DNA of 64,000 bases from Patescibacteria group bacterium (GTDB taxonomy: Bacteria; Patescibacteriota; Minisyncoccia; Phycocordibacterales; UBA918): positions 32,654-96,653 of the forward strand of contig JAIETH010000002.1 in assembly GCA_019745315.1 (NCBI GenBank), given 5' to 3'. This document shows, piece after piece, positions 59,527 to 64,000 of this stretch. A program made the position numbers and the translations under genes. Each line of letters starts with the position of its first letter. Positions within the stretch are counted from its first letter, which is position 1. A model generated the notes under the pieces. It made no database searches. It had not been told where the DNA came from and worked only from the letters and a program-made list of their open reading frames with translations.

Positions 59527-60015
59527 ATGAAACCTCGTGTGAGTATTATTGCTGCTATTGGAAGAAATCGAGAGCTTGGCAAAAGCGGCGATCTTATTTG
59601 GCGCATACCAGCTGACCTCAAGCACGTGAAAGACCTCACGATGGGTCACCCACTCATCATGGGACGAAAAACGTATGAATCCATTGGACGACCTCTGCCA
59701 GGGAGAACCATGATTGTCGTTACCAGAAACGCCATGGAAATTGAAGGGTGTATCGTAAAAAACTCACTTGAGGACGCTCTCACAGAAGCAAAAAATATTG
59801 ATCCAAAAGAGGTTTTTATTTTTGGGGGAGCACAACTGTATGAACAGGCCTTAGCAATAACTGATCGCCTATACCTAACACGTATTGATACAGAAGATTC
59901 CGAAGCAGATACCTTCTTCCCTCCCTATAAAGACACATTCATAAAAGTCATGGAGTCAGAAACGCATACAGAAAACGGACTCACGTACGAATGGATAATT
60001 CTTGAGAGAAACTAA
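59527..60015 (+). CDS. folA: Dihydrofolate reductase.
   Basis: The VSIIAAIGRNRELG...LIMGRKTYESIG...FIFGGAQLY motifs. Confidence 0.85.
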   Translation: MKPRVSIIAAIGRNRELGKSGDLIWRIPADLKHVKDLTMGHPLIMGRKTYESIGRPLPGRTMIVVTRNAMEIEGCIVKNSLEDALTEAKNIDPKEVFIFGGAQLYEQALAITDRLYLTRIDTEDSEADTFFPPYKDTFIKVMESETHTENGLTYEWIILERN

Positions 60016-60016
60016 C

Positions 60017-60048
60017 AAAAAACCGCGCCTCATCGGCGCGGTTTTTTG
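60017..60048. terminator. Intrinsic terminator after folA (aaaaaaccgcgcc-tcat-cggcgcggtttttt).
   Basis: Read directly from the sequence. Confidence 0.7.
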
Positions 60049-60156
60049 TTAGTTAATTATTTTACTTCCACCCTCTACGAGGGCAGTTCGGGTTGTATGA
60101 CAAAATTAAAACCGCCCAAAGGCGGATCTAATTTGTCGACAACCCCGTTGAAGTAA

Positions 60157-60579
60157 TTATTTTACTTCAACGCCCATTGAACGTGCAGTACCTTCAATAA
60201 TACGCATTGCAGCTTCTACTGATCCGGCATTGAGATCTGCCATCTTCTCTTCAGCAATTGCCTGAACCTGCGCCTTTGAAAGCGTTCCTACCTTAGACGA
60301 AAGATTCTTTCCTGAACCACTCTCCTTTCCAATCGCCTTAAGAATAAGACGAGATGCTGGAGAAACCTTTGTTATGAAATCAAACGTACGGTCATCATAT
60401 ACGGAAATTTCAACTGGGATAATTGAACCCATTTTATCGCGTGTACGCTCGTTAAATTGATTTACGAACTCACCGATATTAACTCCAGCCTGACCAAGAG
60501 CAGGACCTACAGGAGGCGCTGGAGTTGCCTTTCCGCCAGCGATCTGGAGCTTAAGCTTTTTTACTATTTTTTTCGCCAT
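60157..60579 (-). CDS. rplK: 50S ribosomal protein L11.
   Basis: The N-terminus [25 protein letters not shown]. Confidence 0.9.
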   Translation of the reverse strand: MAKKIVKKLKLQIAGGKATPAPPVGPALGQAGVNIGEFVNQFNERTRDKMGSIIPVEISVYDDRTFDFITKVSPASRLILKAIGKESGSGKNLSSKVGTLSKAQVQAIAEEKMADLNAGSVEAAMRIIEGTARSMGVEVK

Positions 60580-60631
60580 ATTTATTGTGGTGTTACTATA
60601 CTGATTTTTTGAAATTGAGCAAGGACGCCTC

Positions 60632-61177
60632 TTATGCGCGCTTTACCTGAAGGAAATCAAGCTCAACTGGAGTTTCACGACCAAACATTGAAACCAGAAC
60701 CTTTACCTTGCCCCGCTCCTCATCAATTTCCCCAACCTTACCTTCAAGTTCACGGAATGGTCCGTCCACAATGGTTACAAGATCATGGATTGAAAGGTCA
60801 ACTTTGTGCTTAACAACTTCCGTCTGCATACGTCCCATAAGAGCATCGAGCTCATCTTTTTGAAGAGGTACTGGCTGCGTACCGCTTCCCACAAACCCTG
60901 TTACGCGAGGCGTGTTACGAACCACATACCATGACTCGTCATTTACCACCATGTCTACGAGAACATATCCCGGATATACTCGCTCTTCTTCAACGATACG
61001 CTTTCCTCCTTTCACGCGGATCTTTTTTTCTACAGGAACCAATACTTCAAAGATTTGATTCTGCATTCCCAAAGATTCAATGCGCTGCTTCAAGTTTCGA
61101 GCAACTGCATTTTCATATCCTGAGTACGTATGAATCGCGTACCAGTGTCGCTCATTATCACCGAGTTGTTTTGCCAT
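60632..61177 (-). CDS. nusG: Transcription termination/antitermination factor NusG.
   Basis: An NGN domain ([11 protein letters not shown]) and a C-terminal KOW ([28 protein letters not shown]). Confidence 0.85.
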   Translation of the reverse strand: MAKQLGDNERHWYAIHTYSGYENAVARNLKQRIESLGMQNQIFEVLVPVEKKIRVKGGKRIVEEERVYPGYVLVDMVVNDESWYVVRNTPRVTGFVGSGTQPVPLQKDELDALMGRMQTEVVKHKVDLSIHDLVTIVDGPFRELEGKVGEIDEERGKVKVLVSMFGRETPVELDFLQVKRA

Positions 61178-61189
61178 GATATATATTCG

Positions 61190-61372
61190 TTAGTTACTGA
61201 TAAACCAATCAAGTCCTCGAGAAAAAATAAAATCTGCAAAACCAAGAATCACCGCTACAACAAGAGAAAAAGCAACAATGAGCCCCGTAAATACGATCGC
61301 TTGACGCTGCGTTGGCCATGAGACATGGCGCATTTCTGCTTTTGTATCCCTCAAATATTCAACGAGACTCAT
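61190..61372 (-). CDS. secE: Preprotein translocase subunit SecE.
   Basis: A 60-aa single-TM protein immediately upstream of nusG. Confidence 0.7.
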   Translation of the reverse strand: MSLVEYLRDTKAEMRHVSWPTQRQAIVFTGLIVAFSLVVAVILGFADFIFSRGLDWFISN

Positions 61373-61538
61373 ACTGATATATGTTATGCGATTGTGTAAT
61401 ACAAAATCTTGCCAAAATTAAAACGCCCTGAGGGCGAATTTCTTATAGAGTACCAAGAAGAAACCAATCCGTCAAATACAGAAAAAACGCACATATGTGC
61501 GCTTTTTCTGTATTTGTACTCTTTATTTTTCTTTTGAT

Positions 61539-62327
61539 TTAGTGAATTTTGTATGTAAGTGACACAGAAGCACTAATCTTACTTTCCCCTGCACTCACCT
61601 GTGGAGCACTGTAGGCATCAGCCTTCATCATACCTCCCATGCCCATATTTGACTCATAGTATGATGACATTGGTTCGTTGTCATAGAATGACTGAAGATC
61701 TCCAAGGCGTACACCGAGACTCTTGGCAAGAACACGTGCTTTTTCCTTTGCGTCAGCAATTGCTTCAGCTTGTACTTGAGCCTTCGCCTCGTCAGTATCG
61801 TCAACGGTAAACGCAAGGCTGCTTACATTTGTTGCACCCTTTGATCCAACTCCTGCAATAAGCTCGCCCGCCTTTTCGAGCGCTCGCACCTTCACCGTAA
61901 CCGTTTCCTCTGCTGTGTAGCCTACAAGAACCTGGTTTTGATTTGTCGATGGATACATCATAGAGTCATACGGAGCCGCTGCTGCCCATTCGTACTTCGG
62001 CATCAAATTGTAATATGTTGTTTTGATGTCTTTTTCTTCAACTCCCATCTCCTTGAGATATGCCTTTACTGCATTACTTTTTTCTGCAGATTTTCCTTGT
62101 GCTGCAGTTGCGTCCTTCTCCTCAGCCATTACCGAGAAGGTGAACTCTGCAATATCTGGCTTTACAAACATTTCTGAAACTCCTACAACTGAAATAGTTT
62201 GATACTCAGCTGAGTCTCCTTGCTTGTATGCAAGGCGTGCATAGGCTACAAGCGCCACTATGGCAAAAACTAAAAACCCAAATACAAGAGCCTTGAATAC
62301 TTTATTTTGACCCCATTCTTGAAGCAT
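61539..62327 (-). CDS. SIMPL/DUF541 domain protein, membrane-anchored.
   Basis: N-terminal TM and the SIMPL-like pattern (ISVVGVSEMFVKPDIAEFTFSV...). Confidence 0.5.
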   Translation of the reverse strand: MLQEWGQNKVFKALVFGFLVFAIVALVAYARLAYKQGDSAEYQTISVVGVSEMFVKPDIAEFTFSVMAEEKDATAAQGKSAEKSNAVKAYLKEMGVEEKDIKTTYYNLMPKYEWAAAAPYDSMMYPSTNQNQVLVGYTAEETVTVKVRALEKAGELIAGVGSKGATNVSSLAFTVDDTDEAKAQVQAEAIADAKEKARVLAKSLGVRLGDLQSFYDNEPMSSYYESNMGMGGMMKADAYSAPQVSAGESKISASVSLTYKIH

Positions 62328-62389
62328 AACGTTAGTATATTTATCGCTAATAAGTACTTAAGTGTACCACCAGAGTTGTACAACACCAA

Positions 62390-63295
62390 TTACTCCCCAC
62401 AGACCCGATTATACTCGGCAATATCAAACGAAGAGAGAGCGAATCCTGAAAAAGCCCCTTCCATCACGTCGTGCATTATAGACGCAGCACCTTCAACATG
62501 ATCAAGAGAAAGTGCGTGCCCGAGTTCATGCGCTAAAACCTTTTTCAATTCGGTCATATCATCAAATTGATAAATAGAAATTGCATCTCCATGATATTCG
62601 CCTTGTGTAAACTCTCGCTCTGTCGCAAACATAGTGTTGTACCATGCAACATCTTTGTTATAGTCCTCGACAACTTGATTACCCTTAAAACTGAGCTCAT
62701 TTAACGCCTCGGTAAAATCATTTAATTTCTGAGCACGCTCATTAAGTTCTTTACTTTCACTCTCCAAAGCACGCTCACGGGACGCAAGATCTCTATATGC
62801 ATCCTCAGGAGCACCACCCTTGCTATTCCACTCAGAGACTTCTGCATTATATGCAGCAAGATTTTCTTCGTATCGTGCTACACGGGCTTCATATGAGGCC
62901 TTAAGATCCTCATACTCTTCCTGCATGCGTGCATATTTTGTATATATTTCTTCACTTATATTTTGCTTTGAATCAAGAACAGTTTGCGCCTCATGACTTT
63001 CATCAGTTACATCCTGTCGTTCATCGTAGACAAAATTTACTTTAAAGGGTGTGCCGGGTGTGTAGGTAAACAAATTTTTACCTGTTGCATCTTCCCATAG
63101 CGATTCCGCGGTAGACAGAGCATCTCGCACTTCATCTTTAGAAATATTGAAACGAGGATCTATATCACCTATGTCATAAAGCACAGGAACCCTGCACTTT
63201 GATTCAGCGAAACGATACCAATACACCCCTCCAAAAATGAGGGTCACACAGAGCACGTACAGAAAGACTTTACGCATACCATAATGATAGCGCAT
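62390..63295 (-). CDS. Membrane-anchored zinc metalloprotease (metzincin/matrixin-like HExxHxxxxxH).
   Basis: N-terminal TM, a coiled-coil region, and a C-terminal HELGHALSLDH motif. Confidence 0.55.
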   Translation of the reverse strand: MRYHYGMRKVFLYVLCVTLIFGGVYWYRFAESKCRVPVLYDIGDIDPRFNISKDEVRDALSTAESLWEDATGKNLFTYTPGTPFKVNFVYDERQDVTDESHEAQTVLDSKQNISEEIYTKYARMQEEYEDLKASYEARVARYEENLAAYNAEVSEWNSKGGAPEDAYRDLASRERALESESKELNERAQKLNDFTEALNELSFKGNQVVEDYNKDVAWYNTMFATEREFTQGEYHGDAISIYQFDDMTELKKVLAHELGHALSLDHVEGAASIMHDVMEGAFSGFALSSFDIAEYNRVCGE

Positions 63296-63400
63296 AAATA
63301 GAAAGACTCACAAAATGGCTTTAAATAAAGCGGATTGAACGTGTCACAAAAGAAAAAACGAGCACAGAGTGCCCGTTTTTTCTTTTGTTGTGCTTACTTT

Positions 63401-64000
63401 TTACCACTGCAATGCTCCTCCTGTTTTGTATTCGGTTACGCGAGTTTCAAAGAAATTCTTTTCTTTCGGCATATCCATAATCTCACTCATCCATGGAAGT
63501 GGATTTTTTGTATTGTATTGACGAGGAAGACGGAGACGCTCAAGTCTACGGTCAGCAATATATTCTACATAGTCTTGTACTGTTCCCGCATTAAGTCCAA
63601 GAATACCGTTTGGTAGTGCGTCAGCCGCATATGCCTTCTCAAGCTCAACCGCTTTCTTGATGTTTTCAATAATCACATTCTGAAATTCAGGAGTCCATAT
63701 ATCTGGATTCTCATCAACAATTGCATTGATGAGATCGACACCAAACGCAAGGTGGACTGACTCATCACGCAATATGTACTGGAACTGCTCTCCTACCCCC
63801 ACCATCTTGTTGTGACGGAGCAGCGAAAGCATCATCACAAATCCTGCATAGAAGAAGATGCCTTCCATGATTGCATAGTATCCAATGAGATCATGCACAA
63901 ACTTCTGTGTGTTTTCTGTCCCTACAGTTGAGAAGTGAGGATCAAGAACTGATTTTGTAATGGAAACTACAAATTCATCTTTTGCCTTGATCGAAGGGAT
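63401..64000 (-). CDS. nrdB: Ribonucleotide reductase small (beta) subunit, C-terminal part. The gene runs off the window edge.
   Basis: Ferritin-like di-iron motifs in the visible part (EGIFFYAGF...[11 protein letters not shown]). The N-terminal part lies beyond coordinate 64000. Confidence 0.65.
   Translation of the reverse strand: MPSIKAKDEFVVSITKSVLDPHFSTVGTENTQKFVHDLIGYYAIMEGIFFYAGFVMMLSLLRHNKMVGVGEQFQYILRDESVHLAFGVDLINAIVDENPDIWTPEFQNVIIENIKKAVELEKAYAADALPNGILGLNAGTVQDYVEYIADRRLERLRLPRQYNTKNPLPWMSEIMDMPKEKNFFETRVTEYKTGGALQW

Overview
The window looks like an AT-leaning, compact bacterial genome segment, and I infer it comes from a CPR/Patescibacteria-like organism. Reasons: small genes mostly on the minus strand, and ribosomal-protein clusters rearranged and broken up (rplK-nusG-secE with no adjacent rplA; rplJ-rplL elsewhere and not followed by rpoB). 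The rRNA genes are unlinked: a 16S gene at about 1.9-3.4 kb and a 23S-5S unit at about 17.8-21.8 kb, both on the minus strand. The 23S gene is about 3.6 kb because it carries two insertions at classical group I intron sites, L2500 and L1931. The 5S gene is flanked by partial copies of itself. A tRNA-Ile(GAU) lies about 1.3 kb downstream of the 16S gene, and its 3' end is duplicated in direct and inverted copies in a repeat-rich non-coding block.
The coding content is mostly housekeeping: SecD and SecF; FolD; a polysaccharide locus (epimerase, WbaP-like sugar transferase, GT4); RodA/FtsW; FtsK; RecA; EF-P; S18-SSB-S6; MetRS, GlyRS and IleRS; RecO; GlyA; MazG; ThyA and DHFR; L11-NusG-SecE; L10-L7/L12. 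It also includes an ApbE/FMN-binding/FNR-like membrane flavoprotein module, an ECF sigma/anti-sigma pair, and a large acidic surface protein with a peptidoglycan-binding domain.
The most unusual observations are these. (1) The IleRS gene carries an in-frame insertion of about 195 aa that has histidine-phosphatase (PGAM-like RHG) motifs. (2) The 16S 3' tail reads ...GGAUUAAUUCC where CCUCC is expected, and native genes have no Shine-Dalgarno motifs. At least six short GC-rich ORFs or cassettes embedded among them carry AGGAGG/AAGGAG-type SDs, and some have their own promoter and terminator; this suggests recent horizontal acquisitions. (3) The 23S introns and the 5S partial duplications. (4) tRNA-Ile 3'-end fragment repeats that look like integration scars.
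I found no CRISPR array and no clear IS element or transposase.
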